DNA from: Octopus vulgaris
Taxonomy: Eukaryota
Assembly (NCBI GenBank): GCA_951406725.2
Contig: OX597831.1
Location: forward strand, 80,538,001 to 80,602,000
Direction of reading: 5' to 3'
Length of the DNA stretch: 64,000 nt
A model generated the notes under the pieces. It searched no databases, was not told the origin of the DNA, and saw only the letters and a list, made by a program, of their open reading frames with translations. Within the stretch, counting starts at the first letter, position 1. Each line of letters begins with the position of its first letter. The translations under genes were made by a program, and so were the position numbers. Positions 12,376 to 27,120 of the stretch are shown here, piece by piece.

Positions 12376-12385
<10 letters not shown>
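12153..12385. repeat. Fold-back inverted repeat, ~80 bp arms, between (TA)n tracts
   Basis: 12153..12232 is the near-perfect reverse complement of 12305..12385. Confidence 0.9.
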
Positions 12386-12409
<24 letters not shown>

Positions 12410-13074
12410 CTTATACAGAGCAAATAATTCACGAGAAAAAATGATTTGCGAAGATATCATTGTCTCTGTTATTATCTCGTGTAACAATTTAAAAATGATA
12501 ATAACAGAATCAATAATATAAGCGATTGCAGGTCCAGAAGAGCATTGAATAGCTGAAGGATTAGAATTAGTCAAATGACATACTAAGTAGGTCTCGCTGC
12601 TATATATATACATATAGATAGATAGACAGACACGTATGTAGGTAGGTATGTATATGTGTGTGTATGTATGTTAGCATCTATGTATGCGTGTATATATGCA
12701 TGCACATATTGACATACATATTGACACGTACTTACATCCATTCATATACAAGCACAAACGTACACACATAAATACATACAGGCTTACAAATGTGTGTGTG
12801 TGTGTGCGATGGGCTGGGGGTGACTTGTTTTAGTCATTTTGACTGTGGCCATGCTGGAGCACCGCCTTTAGTAGAGCAAATTGACCCCCATGACTTATTC
12901 TTTGTAAGCCTAGTACTTATTCCATCGGTCTCTTTTGCCGAACCGCTAAGTCACGGGGGACGTAAACACACCAGCATTGGTGAAATTACACTTGTACTCG
13001 TCCTCTGCTAATATTAATCTATATTTCTGAGATGAGGAATTATGTACATTATTTACAATGGAATGAGATGTTAC

Positions 13075-13116
13075 CACAACGTTTCGGCTGGTGTACTCTT
13101 CAGCCTCCATCAGGTG
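13075..13116 (-). ncRNA. Degenerate minimal hammerhead motif (left arm of a fold-back)
   Basis: cac-CTGATGG-a-GGCTG(10 nt)CAGCC-GAAA-CG-TT-gtg; one core change (A9G). Confidence 0.6.
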
Positions 13117-13395
13117 TCCTGGTGGAATTTCGAATCCAACCCTTTATTTAACTAATGGTGTACTCTGTTCTCATCCCTAAGGTATGCCTTTTTTTTAATG
13201 CTGACGTTTTTATTTCTGTTATTTTTTCAGGGACTTGGGAAATAATCTACTACAATAACACTCTTGTGTTTTTCTCTGTCACAACATATGAATGAGAATG
13301 TAAGGGGTGATAGATGAATAAGGAAAGAACGGGTGATGGCAAACGGGTGGATGGTAAACAGTCAACGCCGAAAAGAAAAATCAAACGGCGTTTCA

Positions 13396-13436
<41 letters not shown>

Positions 13437-13497
13437 AAGGGAAGTATGTGAATGTATGTAAACATTGACAAGTGTATTAATTTGATTTACCATATTT

Positions 13498-13666
13498 AGG
13501 AGGAGCTGCTGTGTGGTAAGTAGCTTGCTTACCAGCCACGTGGTTCCGGGTTCAGTCCCACTGCGTAGCACCTTGGGCAAGTGTCTTCTTCTATAGCCTC
13601 GGGCCGACCAAAGCCTTGTGAGTGGATTTGGTAGACGGAAACTGAAAGAAGCCCGTCGTGTATATG

Positions 13667-13730
<64 letters not shown>

Positions 13731-13930
13731 TTTGTATGTCCCCCCAACATCGCTTTACAACCGATGATGGTGTGTTTGCGTCCCCGTAACTTAGCGGTTC
13801 GGCAAAAGGGGCTGATAGAATAAATACTAGGCTTACAAAGAATAAGTCTTGGGGTCGATTTGCTCGACTAAAGGCGGTGCTCCAGCACGGGCACAGTCAC
13901 ATGACTGAAACAAGTAAAAGAGTAAAAGAG
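13498..13930 (+). mobile_element. SINE family A
   Basis: Near full-length copy. Confidence 0.88.
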
Positions 13931-14067
13931 TTAGCCGTCTTTTTTGACAGCACGCGGCCAGCTAGTATCTAAAGAAACAACATCAGCAAAAAAAAAGAAT
14001 ATCTTAGGGATGAGAATAGTGTACCCCATTAATTTAATAAAGGGCTGGGTTCGAAATTCCACCAGGA

Positions 14068-14109
14068 CACGTGATGAAGGCCGGAGATTACACCAGCTGA
14101 AACGTTGTG
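14068..14109 (+). ncRNA. Degenerate minimal hammerhead motif (right arm of a fold-back)
   Basis: cac-GTGATGA-a-GGCCG(10 nt)CAGCT-GAAA-CG-TT-gtg; one core change (C3G); the consensus of both arms is CTGATGA. Confidence 0.6.
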
Positions 14110-15185
14110 GTAACAACAAACAAGATGAGGACACCTATCCGTCCGTCGTAAATAATGTCCTTTGCTGTGCTAATAACCAACAATGCCAGTGGGAGATGTA
14201 AATCTAACGCCAAGGCAAGGTATCTAGCATTGGCCCCTACTCACTTAAGGGCTCTTGACCAAAGTAATGTCAGGAAGAGCAATTCATTGACAAACCACAC
14301 TTGTTGATTGACCGAACGATTAATCAAACAACCGATTAGTTAATTGGTTAACTAGTTAACCAATACTAAAATAAGGAAATGAAAATGGAACCAAAGCGTG
14401 TGTTTATTACTGGTATTATGACCCGCCCAAGATACAGCAAAATCTGTCTCAATACATGAGCTCACATCAAGACTCCTGCAAACCAAATACACGAAGCACA
14501 AAATCCATGCTTTAGCATGGGGTCCCTAAATATGTGAGGCCCTCGGCCAACTGACCAAAGCTGTATACACTTTAAGACGGTCCTGTGTGACATTCACCCA
14601 TGAGATATTACATTCTGAATGCATGAAGGCGCGTAGACTAGTGGTTAGAGTGTTGTGTTCACGATTACAAGATTGTCGTAGCGATTCCCGGAGGCGAAAT
14701 TTTTTTCCAACGAGAGTTCCGGACCCCAGTAATGAACTCATTTGCATACAGTCAATCATAGCTCACCTTGAAAATCCACACACCGTGTACTACTACAGCA
14801 CAACCAGTCAGGCATAGAATGGTGTATGTCACTCTGCGAGTACAGCATGGCAGGTCTCACATAAGCACCACATTCCCCCCACCCACTATCCTCCTAATAG
14901 ATCAATTGATCTCTTTATGGAGCTAACATTAGGTGCCTATGCTCAGACTGAGATTAGTGATACAACATGTACCCTTGATATATACAAAGAGGGCGCAAAA
15001 CGGCACGACGCCATATTGATTACGATGTTTCCAGATCAACACCAACATTTTGAATTAGGAATGTACAAAATCAGTCAAAAAGTTACGAAACTACACTCAT
15101 TTACATATGTATATATATATATACATATATATATCGGTGCATCAGCATGGCCGCAGCTCTGAGCTGTAACTAAAAAAAATATATA

Positions 15186-15587
<402 letters not shown>

Positions 15588-15641
15588 ATATATATGTATA
15601 TATATATATATACATATATATATGTATACATATATATATGT

Positions 15642-15699
<58 letters not shown>

Positions 15700-16327
15700 G
15701 CGTGTATGTATGTATGTATATATATATATATGTATACATATATATACAAATATATATATTATTCATATTTTTTTTCTTTTACCTAATTGCTAATTAGCCA
15801 TTCCAGTCATTGGACGAAGGTGATCCACTTCACCTTCCAACGGTGCTCTTTGCAGCCCATGGGAAGCCGTCCCGCACCTCCGCCACGCTGTCGTCAATGA
15901 AAGCAAACAGAATCGGTGTTTGACTTTCAAATCTCTCTTTCAAGGTTATTTTCGTTGGCGAACGTGAAAAGACGAGAACAGACGGGAAGAGGCGACGGTG
16001 ACGACGAACAGAAAGGAATTCTACGATAACTTGCAAATGTCTTTTATAGGAACGGCACCCGAAGGCCTAGGTCGTCGACACCGAGGGTGCAATACGGGTG
16101 TACGTGTACGTGTGTATGTGTGTGTGCGTGTATGTGTGCGCGTGTGCGCATGCATGTATGTATATTTATACATATATATATTTATATTTATATATAGGTA
16201 GATATATGAATATGTGTGTGAGTGTATATATATATATATATATATATATATGACAATTTATAGATAAATTCCTCTATTTTACATAATATCGAGGTCGCAT
16301 TCATTCTTTCGTGGTCATATTATTAAT

Positions 16328-16400
<73 letters not shown>

Positions 16401-16496
16401 GGGAAGCTTTATGAAAATAAACAAAAGACGAAGGCAGGTGGAGTACAAACAAACAAATGTATTAGTATGGCGCTCAGGAATATAAATAAAACAAGT

Positions 16497-16532
16497 CTTT
16501 TACGTTTCGAGCCTACGCTCTTCGACAGAAAG
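16497..16532 (-). ncRNA. Minimal hammerhead-like motif (CUGUCGA core) in a short PLE-like 3' end
   Basis: cttt-CTGTCGA-a-GAGC(gtag)GCTC-GAAA-CG-TA-aaag; ~100 bp from (TA)n. Confidence 0.65.
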
Positions 16533-16652
16533 GTACACAGAAAAAACAAGGAGAGAAACAAGGAGAGAAAAAAATGAGAGTACATACATATACACATACA
16601 CACACACATACTCACACAAACACAAACTAACATACACACACATATACACACA

Positions 16653-16873
16653 CAGGCGAACGGGTGCTGAAAAAGTCCTGGCTTTAAGGGTTTCGCGAAT
16701 GCCCTGGTTGGAGACCGAAACTTCGGAGCTCTTTTCCAGGCGTCTGAAAAACTGAAGGACCGCTGCAATAAGTGTGGGAACGGGAGAGGGGAATGTGCTG
16801 GATAACATCACAATTAACTGGTCCTCCAGTATTTTCTTTTACCCAAAGCCAGGAACTTTTCAACACCCTCTCG

Positions 16874-16877
<4 letters not shown>
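16653..16877. mobile_element. Mariner-type MITE
   Basis: TIRs caggcgaacgggtgctgaaaaagtcctggcttt / aaagccaggaacttttcaacaccctctcgcctg. Confidence 0.75.
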
Positions 16878-16949
<72 letters not shown>

Positions 16950-17204
16950 CATATTACATACATGTACGTGTTTGTATTATGTGCGTACATATGTGTAATT
17001 ATCTACGAGTGTGTAAATAGAGTGAATTTATTAAGAACTGTCACGATGTCTCGATAACTCAATAATAACTACGTGGCTGTCTGTTAATGTGTGTGTGTGT
17101 GTCTGTGTATGTCTGTGTGTGTCTGTGTCTGTGTAAATAAGCGCGTTAGGGTTTGAGTTAAATATTTGTATAAATGCAAATGTTTCCAATGTCATCCACG
17201 CTAT

Positions 17205-17269
<65 letters not shown>

Positions 17270-18495
17270 TATTCATACACATGCGGGTATGTGTGTGTGT
17301 ACGTATGTAAGTATATATATATATATACATATATATATATACATACATATGTATGTATGTATATATAAACAGACTTTCTATAATTGCTTTGATGTCGCAG
17401 TTTCTCACATTCTTTAAAGGATGTTCACCCTTTTCGAAGAATTGTATCTAGTTAATGCCTTTGAATCGTTGCAGATTTTTTTCTTCCGACTCTTTATGTT
17501 GTGAGTTCAAATCCAATAAGAGTTACTGATGCTTTTCATCCTTTTGAGATCGATAAAATAAGGTACTAATCAATTTCTAGAAGTCACTGGTTCGATTCTC
17601 AGACCAGGCGGCGTGTTGCGTTCCTCGGGGAAACACTTCATGTAACGTTACCCAACCACTCTGTGGAGGGGGGCGGCATGTCAAAGAATAAACCCAACGG
17701 TTCTCCTGTGTGTCGTAAAAGGCGATTAAAATCGAGTGAGACAGAATTTGCACTCCGACCTCGTACGACGCTCGCCATTAACGACTACGCAGCCAAACCC
17801 ATGGATTACGCGTTCGATTGTCTCTGGATGCTCTCCGCATATGCAGGACAATTGGGCTGCTTTCATGTTTCCGAACATTGCTCTTGTAAAGCCTACTTGG
17901 AAGGGACTTGTCCTGGGCAGCAATAATAAACCACCCACTTTCAGTTTGAGACCAGAGCATGGCAACCACGGATGAGTTCAGCTTTGATCTACACCAGGTT
18001 ATTCGCCTCGCAGGGGCTATTGCACCCATTTCTTTCTAATATTTTGGAAGTTTTCGTTTGTTTTGCCTGGTCAGTTGGAGACGCATTTGGTTTGCATTTC
18101 TCGGAGGAATATTTTCACGTTTTTTCATTACTGAGTGCAACTTTTTGGTATCTTCACCTTTCAGAACCAGCTTTACCACCCAGTCCTATGCGTGTCGCAC
18201 ACAGGCAGAACATCCTATGGTTGTAATAGTCAATGAGAGTTGAGATTGTATTAACCTCCGCCCGCCTTCTTTTCTATTTTTGTAGATCACAGCTGAAACA
18301 ATTTCTAAAACTAATAGATAACAACTTCCCACATTCACATAAAAGCCATCTATATATATACAGAAAGAATTATTTTCGAAATTTTTCTCTTATGAGGTTT
18401 TTCACGCTATCTACCTGATAATTTCTTGTTAAGATTCCTTATTAAGAAGTTATCCTTAATTGTTAAATAATTTTATATATATACATATATACATG

Positions 18496-18568
<73 letters not shown>

Positions 18569-18597
18569 GGATGGATGGATGGATGGATGGATGGATG

Positions 18598-18671
<74 letters not shown>

Positions 18672-19620
18672 CGAAATACCTATTTCCTCACTTTATATAG
18701 CAACCAAGATATTACTGGTATTGTCTAAAATAAGCCGCATGCATACTTCGTTGTTGTGTTCGTGTCTTTGTTGTAAAAATGCCTCGAAAAATAAAAGAAA
18801 TTATCTGGATGTGGCGGATATTTCACCTTTATACGGCATACCGATTAAATGGCAACGAACGGAGAAAATGTTCTGAAAAATACACATTTGAAATATAATT
18901 ATCAAACGCAAAGTAATTAATCTCATCTCAAACTCATACGGATGACATCTGTCGACGAGAAATCTAAAACATATAATAATATTACTTAGCATAGTTTGGG
19001 TACTAATTTTTAATTGAATATCTTAAGTATTGGGGTTGTCCGGAAAGTTCGTGCCGATTTATAGCAGTTTACCTTTCAACTTATTTTAGAACATGGCTGA
19101 GTCCATAAAACAGGATTTGACTACACCTCCATTTAGAGCACAGTTTAAGCTATCTTTTCGTGGAAGAAGGTTTATGTTCCTATAACCTGTGTTAATTCTG
19201 TAACTAAGCTAAATTAATATGATAAAAGTTATCAGTTAGCGTTAGCTTCCGCTAATTTTTTTATCGGTTTAGCGGTTTAGCATTTGCGAAGCTAACTTTT
19301 TTAGTTAGCGGATTAACGATAACCGAAACTATCTTTTTGCTTAGCTGTACCCATCACTGTTTCTGCAAATACATGTGTGTGCGCGTGTGAGTGATGTCAT
19401 TGTGTGTGGTTTCATCATAGCTAACGGCCTCAGTGAATGAAAACAAAGAAGACAAAGGCACAGAAAGAGACAGACAGACAGACAGACAAACAGAGAGAGA
19501 GGGGGAGATTAAGGAATACAGGCCAGATATTGTTGTCAACTACCAGGAAATGAAGTTCTGAAGTTCTTCCTGTCAAAGCAGCAGTTCCAATATACGATCA
19601 TTTCTCCGTAGTTGTCAGAG

Positions 19621-20011
19621 ATCACCAAGAAAAAATGATTTCTAATCGATGTATCAATACCAACAGATGACAACGTTTCTCTAAAAGAAACGGAGAAACT
19701 TTCAAAATACAAAGAACTGGAAATAGATGTAACTCGAATTGGAGTCTAAAAGCAGAAACAATTCCTATCACATTAGGCGCATTAGGTATGATAAAAAATA
19801 TTCAGACATATACATAACAAAAACACCAGGACTTACAAACACATATAACATACAGAAAATAGCACTATTGGACACTGCACACAATCTACGCAAAACACTT
19901 TCAATACAGTGAAAATAAGAGCACCACAACAAACCACAGCACATACCCAAGGAACACAGAGCTGCATACGGTAGTGCAGTGAAAGCACGTGATAAAAAAA
20001 TAAGACTACTG
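19621..20011 (+). mobile_element. Older 3' fragment of the same Dong/R4-type LINE
   Basis: Colinear with the reverse complement of 44575..44965 (IDVSIP...LGTAH.LR). Confidence 0.88.
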
Positions 20012-20442
20012 CCCTGATGCAGTACCAGGCAGTGGCTCTCATGGCTTCTGATCTTAACTGATTGGAAGTGTTATCATGTACATTGTTTTGTCTTGGTATA
20101 AAAGATGGGCTACAGCAAATATTCTGCTCAATACCACAGATTTGCTTGATCAGTTGTTTGACTTTAACCAGTTGAGCATGTCCCTTAGTTGCTGATAATA
20201 TGTGCATCTCTGATCACGAGCAGAAGTAGTGGGGGAGCATCATAGCCATGTGTTGAGAGGGATTCTTTGGGGCTTGACTAATTCACCTCTGGAAACATGG
20301 GTGTTTCGTTCAACATGCTTAAACAATCCTTATTCAAGGACCTTTTGAGTGGGATGGGTTACTCGACCTGAATAAAATTCTAACAGGACCTCACCCAGTG
20401 TCACTTTGATGGCATGCACTGCTCTCTCACCCAATAATAATG

Positions 20443-20576
<134 letters not shown>

Positions 20577-21115
20577 CCTTTCTGCTAAAGGCACAAGGCT
20601 TGAAATTTGAGGGGAGGGGATAAGTCGATTACATTGACCCCAGTGTTTCACTAGTACTTAGTTTATCGACCCCCGAATGTATGAAAGGCATCATAATGAT
20701 AATAATGATGATGATGATGATGATGATTATGATAATAATGATCATCATCATCATCATTATTTCGAATTTTGGCAGAGTGTCATCAGTTTTCGTGGGAGAG
20801 TTATGTCGACCACCAATGTTCAATTCGTACTTTATTTTATCGAACTCCGAAGGAATGGAGAGCAAAGGTGTTCTCGTTGAACTTAGAATCTAAGAAGCCG
20901 TGGGGGCGGGGCGGGGGGGGGGAATGCTCCTGAGCAGTTTGTCCCACTCGACATGCCAACAATTCTACCAACTAGCGACTTTCATTGCCGCTATCATCGT
21001 CGTCATCGTCGTTCTCGTCGTTGTCATCATTATCGTCATTATCGCCAGCATCGACATCATGTTCATCATCATCATCATTGACATCATGTTTATCATCATC
21101 ATCACCACCACCACC

Positions 21116-21164
<49 letters not shown>

Positions 21165-21225
21165 CACCACCACCATCATCATCATCATCACCAACATCAT
21201 CATCATCATCATCACCACCACCACC

Positions 21226-21256
<31 letters not shown>

Positions 21257-23291
21257 TCATCATCGTCATCATCATCATCATCGACATCATGTTCATCATC
21301 ATCATCACCACCACCACCACCACCACCATTATCATCATCATCATCATCGTCATCAGTATCATCGTAAAACTATATTTTCTTGAGACCAACTTAGTCCCTG
21401 TTTCCAGCAGACAAAACACCTGCCGATCAATATATCAATTAAAATGGGTTATTCAGAGCAATACTATGGCAGATGCTGCGACAGAATAATCTCCCATATT
21501 TCACATGGCGATTTCAGTGGACTTATTGAGGTTTAGCATATCTTCATGTGGGTAATGCTGAACCGTTTATAATCTGCTTGGACTGCGACATGAACTGAAA
21601 CAAAATGTCTGCTTTTTATTGAAATGTTTTGTTTGTTCCTTCTCGAGCCATGCCTGGCTCATTAGGGCCGGTTTCCCGGTTTCCTTGGCATATAGGTTCC
21701 CCACCTGGACGGGACGCCGGTCCGTCGCAGGTGAGCTGCAAGAAGCAGGAGGAAAGAGTGAGAGAAAGTTGTGGCGAAAGAGTGAGCAGAAGTTCGCCAT
21801 TACCTTCTGTCGGAGCCGCGGTGTTTTGCTCATAAACACACACCGCCCTGTCTGAGATTCGAACCCGCGATCCCTCGACCGCGAGTCCGCTGCTCTAAGC
21901 ACTAGGCCATCTGCCTCCACATTGAAATGCTTATCCAAACATGGTGGACCCATGAGCGTGTTTGCCACAGCCTGCATAAGAAAATATATTTAACAAAAAA
22001 AACAGTAAATAAACAAAAGAGGAAAAATTACACAAAAAAGCAACAATGACAATGGTAAGGACGACAATAGCAAATACAAGACGAATAAAGGATCCTCAGA
22101 GCACAAACATACTGGACGGGTAACTGCTTAAACTATTTCTTCAAACAAAACTGAAAGGTTTCATAGAAAACGCTAAAGAGCATGTTTATAGAAACATTGT
22201 AGAAATGTCCGGTTTGAACCGGTTTGCACTAGTTTACACTTGCCAGGTAACAATCAGTGGGGAGGGTTATTTGGGGGTAAAGGGTCAGTGCAGGAAGGGC
22301 TGAGTGAAAGTGTTCTGTATAGTTTTGCGATAATGTGTGTGTGTGTCCGTGTGTCCGTGTCCAGCTGTCCTTTTTCTCCTTTCGTCTTCTCCATCTTCCT
22401 CCTCCTTCTACTTCCTCATTTTCCTCCGCCTGCAACTCCAACTACTACTCCGCCTCCTTTTTCATCTTCTTTTCTTTCTTTTCTTTCTTTTTTCTTTATC
22501 TTCTTTTTCTTCTTCATCATCATCACCACCTGCATCACGAACACCACCACCACCACCACCACCACCACCACCACCACAATCATCAACATCTTCTTTCGTC
22601 CACCCTCCTTTTCTTCTCCGCCCTCCTCTCCTTTCTGTCCTCCTCCTCCTCCTCCTCTTGTCCCACCTTCACCTTTAATAAAACTGATTATGAAAAGTTC
22701 AACAATGTGGCTGACGAAGGTTGCGGCGTAGGGTGGTGGCAAAAATTCGCTATCATCCCCCACCCAGGAATATACTCTGCATACAAAATATACGCGATAT
22801 ATTGAGTGACTTTGACTTCCCCACCACGACCACCACTACGAAAAACAAAAAAAAAAATCTCTTGCAGAAGCTCTACGCTTATCTTTCCAACAAATGTGAA
22901 CGTTTGGATGAGGGGGAGGGACTGATATTTTGCTCACTGTGAGATGTTTCGTCGAGAAATTTTTCCTAATCTGCTGCCCTTCAGGTTGAAGGGTGAGGCT
23001 GGGACCATTTCTCCCACATTTACTTCTCTTTCGTTCTGTAACATCTTTTTTGTGGTGGGTCGGGGTCATATTAGCATATTTTTAGTTCAGGTGTGCCGCC
23101 GAGATTTGAAAATAATATGTGAAAAAAGGGATGCGGAGCACTGACCTATAGCAGAAAGGATTGTTAGTTACCGTTGGAGTTGTTATTGTTGTAACTGTCT
23201 CTTATTGTTGTTTTTTTGTTTTGTTATTATTGTAGTTGTTTTTGTTGCTTGTTTTCTAGTAAACCCCTCGAGATATTATCGTGTTTATAAA

Positions 23292-23692
23292 GGCGGTGAG
23301 CTGGCAGAAACGTTAGCACGCCGGGCGAAATGCTTAGCGGTATTTCATCTGCCGTTACGTTCTGAGTTCAAATTCCGCCGAGGTCGACTTTGCCTTTCAT
23401 TCTTTCGCGGTCGATTAAATAAGTACCAGTTACTCACTGGGGTCGATATAATCGACTTGATCCGTTTGTCTCTCCTTGTTTGTCCCCTCTGTGTGTAGCC
23501 CCTTGTGGGGCAGGAAAGAAATAGGTATTTCGTCTGCCGTTACGTTCTGAGTTCAAATTCCGCCGAGGTCGACTTTGCCTTTCATTCTTTCAGAGTCGAT
23601 AAATTAAGTACCAGTTACGCACTGAGGTCGATGTAATCGACTGCCCCTCCTCTCTAAAAAAATTCGGGCTTTGTGCCTAGAGTAGAAAAGAT
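23292..23692 (+). mobile_element. SINE family B (tRNA-like head, Nin/Deu-like domain), internally duplicated form
   Basis: ggcg..gagctggcagaaacgttagc, gagttcaaattcc (B-box-like), gcctttcatcctttcggggtcgataaattaagtaccag present twice. Confidence 0.85.
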
Positions 23693-24420
23693 AATCGTAC
23701 TTGTTATTGCTGTTGTCGTTGCTGTCGTGAAGGCTGCGATAGTAGTTCTTTCATAACCTTTATGCCCTACGAAAAGTGTCACCTCCACAGAAAGTCACAG
23801 GTACAACCTCCGCGGCACCCTCTCCCACTTCACCCGTACACACACACACACACACACGACTCACCACCATCGCCTTCGTCACATTCACCAACACCACTGC
23901 AACTACTGATGCACATTACTGCTCCTCACCCACAAAACAGCGACTGCCACACCACCACCGCCACCACCATCACCATCACTATCACAGTCACAAACACCAG
24001 ACAAGCAACTATCACCGCCATCGCCATCAGAACCACAACAACACGCCCATCGCCTTCATTCCTGACACCACCACCACCACCACTACCATGACTATTATAA
24101 CCACCACCACCACCACACCCACCGCCAACAACGCCACCACCAACGGTGCCATCTACAATCAAGCAGTCACAATAGCAGACATAATCAGCCGAAATTGCGA
24201 GGATGATCCGGTTCTTGACTGAAGATTAGAGGCTTCGAATGACCCGTCCGTTTTTTGTGTCGTCGTCTCTTTGAGTGTTTTGCGTTCTTGTCCCATTTTG
24301 TGTGTTTATATATATTTTTTATACCTATGTGTTTGTGTGTATATGTATATGTGTGTATGTGTGTATATATATGTATATATATATGTATATAATACACACA
24401 TATATATATGCATATATGCT

Positions 24421-24617
24421 CTTTTACTCTTTTACTTGTTTCAGTTATTTGACTGCGGCCATGCTGGAGCACCGCCTTTAGTCGAGCAATCGACTCAGGA
24501 CTTATTCTTTGTAAGCCTAGTACTTATTCTATCGGTCTCTTTGACGAACCACTAAGTTACGGGGAGGCAAACACACCAGCATCGGATGTCAAGCGATGTT
24601 GGGGGGACAAACACAGA

Positions 24618-24699
<82 letters not shown>

Positions 24700-24868
24700 C
24701 TTATATACGACCGGCTTCTTTCAGTTTCCGTCTACCAAATCCACTCACAAGTCTTTGGTCGGCTCGGGGCTGTAGTAGAAGACATTTGCCCAAGGTGCCA
24801 CGCAGTGGGACTGAACCTGGAACCATATGGTTGGTAAGCAAGGTACTTACCACACAGCCACTCCTGTG

Positions 24869-24870
<2 letters not shown>
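24421..24870 (-). mobile_element. SINE family A
   Basis: Full-length copy; head abuts (TA)n. Confidence 0.88.
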
Positions 24871-24967
<97 letters not shown>

Positions 24968-25057
24968 ACAGAAAAGAGGAATTTCGATTATCCCCACGTG
25001 GTAGTATGCGTATTTACCTTTTTTAATTTCTTATATATATATATATATATATATACA

Positions 25058-25117
<60 letters not shown>

Positions 25118-25682
25118 TGTGTGTGTGAGGCGGCGAACTGGCAGAAACGTTAGCCCGCCGGGCTAATTGCTTATTTCGTATGTCTTTATGTTCTGAGTTC
25201 AAATTCCGCCGAGGTCGACATTGCCTTTCATCCTTTCGCAGTCAATAAATTAAGTACCAGCTGCGTACTGCAGTCGATTTAATCGACTGGCCCCACTCCC
25301 GCACACTTTCGGGTCTTGTACCTAGAGTAAAAAAAGAGGGAACGTGAAACTCAGAACAACAGTTTCTGTGACATTTCTGCTACTTTTCAATAAAGCATAT
25401 TACTCTACCTTTGGTATTCGAGTACTGTTTTTTCCACCTTGCTTCGCATTTATGTGCTTACTCCGGTATATATGTGTGTATGTATTTAAGATACGTAAAT
25501 ATATATATACATACCTATACAAACACGCACATAAATGTGGATATGTGTCTGTAGGCATGAGTGTGCGTGTGCGCTTGAGTTCTTGCCATGTACAATCCAT
25601 ATATCCACATGTATAAAAGTATATATACAGATACACATCCACCACACAATACACACACACACACACATACACACCATACACA

Positions 25683-27120
25683 TGAAACTAGAATGTTTCA
25701 TGTCTGTTGTGCAAGCCATATGCCAGAAATATGTCCCAGAGCACAAGGCCAAAACTAATAGGAACAAGATTCCCAGAAACAGGAAGATCCTCATGAGACG
25801 ACGGACGAAGGTTGCAAATCGACTCAACCAACATCCCAAAAGTAGCGAAACGTCCCGCCTAAAAACAACACTGATGGAGATCGAAAAAAGGCTGCAACAG
25901 TCTTATGTGAGGGAGAAAGCAGACAAAGAAGCCTGGGTCATAAAAAAACATTAAGTCAAACCCAAAGGCCTTCTTTCATTACGCGAAAGAAACAGTCTCA
26001 GTGCACTACAAGATAGGACCCCTCCTCTAAAAGGATGGCTCCCTCACAGACAGTCCAACTAAGATCAGTGAGATACTGAATGACCAGTTCAAAAGTGTCT
26101 TTACCACCCCGTTGGAAACACAGACAAGTGAACGAACCAGTGGACTTCTTTGCCGCCTCACCTATAACCAGCGAGGCAGTTACAATGGAATACATTGACG
26201 TTAGCGAAGAAGATTTACCTCTAGCCATAGATGAAGTGGACACAAACTCAACTGCTGGTCCTGATGGTTTCCCAGCAATCTTCCTCAAATCGTGTAAGCA
26301 TGCCCTGGCAAAATCCCTCCAGATTCTCTTCCAGAGCTTTCTTACAAATGGCAAACTGACAAGCAAGCTGAAGCAGGGAATAATATGCCCAATACATAAA
26401 GGGGGAAGTAGAGCAGATGCCAAAAACTATAGGCCTATCTCTCTGACTTCACACATCAGCAAAGTCATGGAAAGGATAGTCAGAAAGAAACTAATCGCAT
26501 TCCTTGAAGGAAAATAACTTGCTGAGTAATACCCAGCATGGTTTTCAACCAGGTAGGAGCTGCCTGACTCAGCTCTTACAGCATTATGACTGGGTGTTGA
26601 GGCAGTTACTCAACAAATCAAATGGGGACGTAATATACCTTGATTTTGCAAAAGCTTTTGACAAGGTGAATCATGGTATGATATGCCACAAACTGCGTGA
26701 CCTCGGCATAGCTGGAAAACTTGGAGAGTGGTTACATGACTTTCTGAAAGATAGGAGTCAGGCAGTAGTGGCTAATGAAGCCACCTCTATGAACACACAA
26801 ATAGTGAGCGGTGTTCAACAGGGCTCTGTCTTAGGACCACTGCTTTTTATAGTGGCCCTCTCAGATATGCCTTCAAATGCTCGGATAGCCACCCTTGCAA
26901 GCTATGCAGATGATACGAAAGTCTCGCAGAAAATACAGAACCCCAGCAATGTTGCACACCTGAAGCAGGAGTTGAACTCAATCTACAGAGGGGTGATGAT
27001 AATAATATGCAGTTTAATGCTGAAAAATTCCAAGCCCTGCGCTACCAGCATCCAAAACTGAATATGAAACTTACAGGGTACTCTGGCCCACAGGGGATTT
27101 CAATCCCAGAGCCTAAGTCA
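25683..27120 (+). pseudogene. CR1-type non-LTR retrotransposon ORF2 fragment (reverse transcriptase), frameshifted
   Basis: KSNPKAFF, NDQFKSVF, AGPDG, NYRPISLTS, QHGF..GRSCLTQL, DVIYLDFAKAFDKV, SGVQQGSVLGPLLF, YADDTK across three frames. Confidence 0.92.

Larger units (their letters stand above)
13043..14160. repeat. Diverged inverted repeat, ~170-185 bp arms, with a SINE in the spacer
   Basis: 13043..13212 vs 13975..14160 (e.g. cttagggatgagaa, ttcgaaattccaccaggacac, aaacgttgtggtaaca). Confidence 0.9.
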
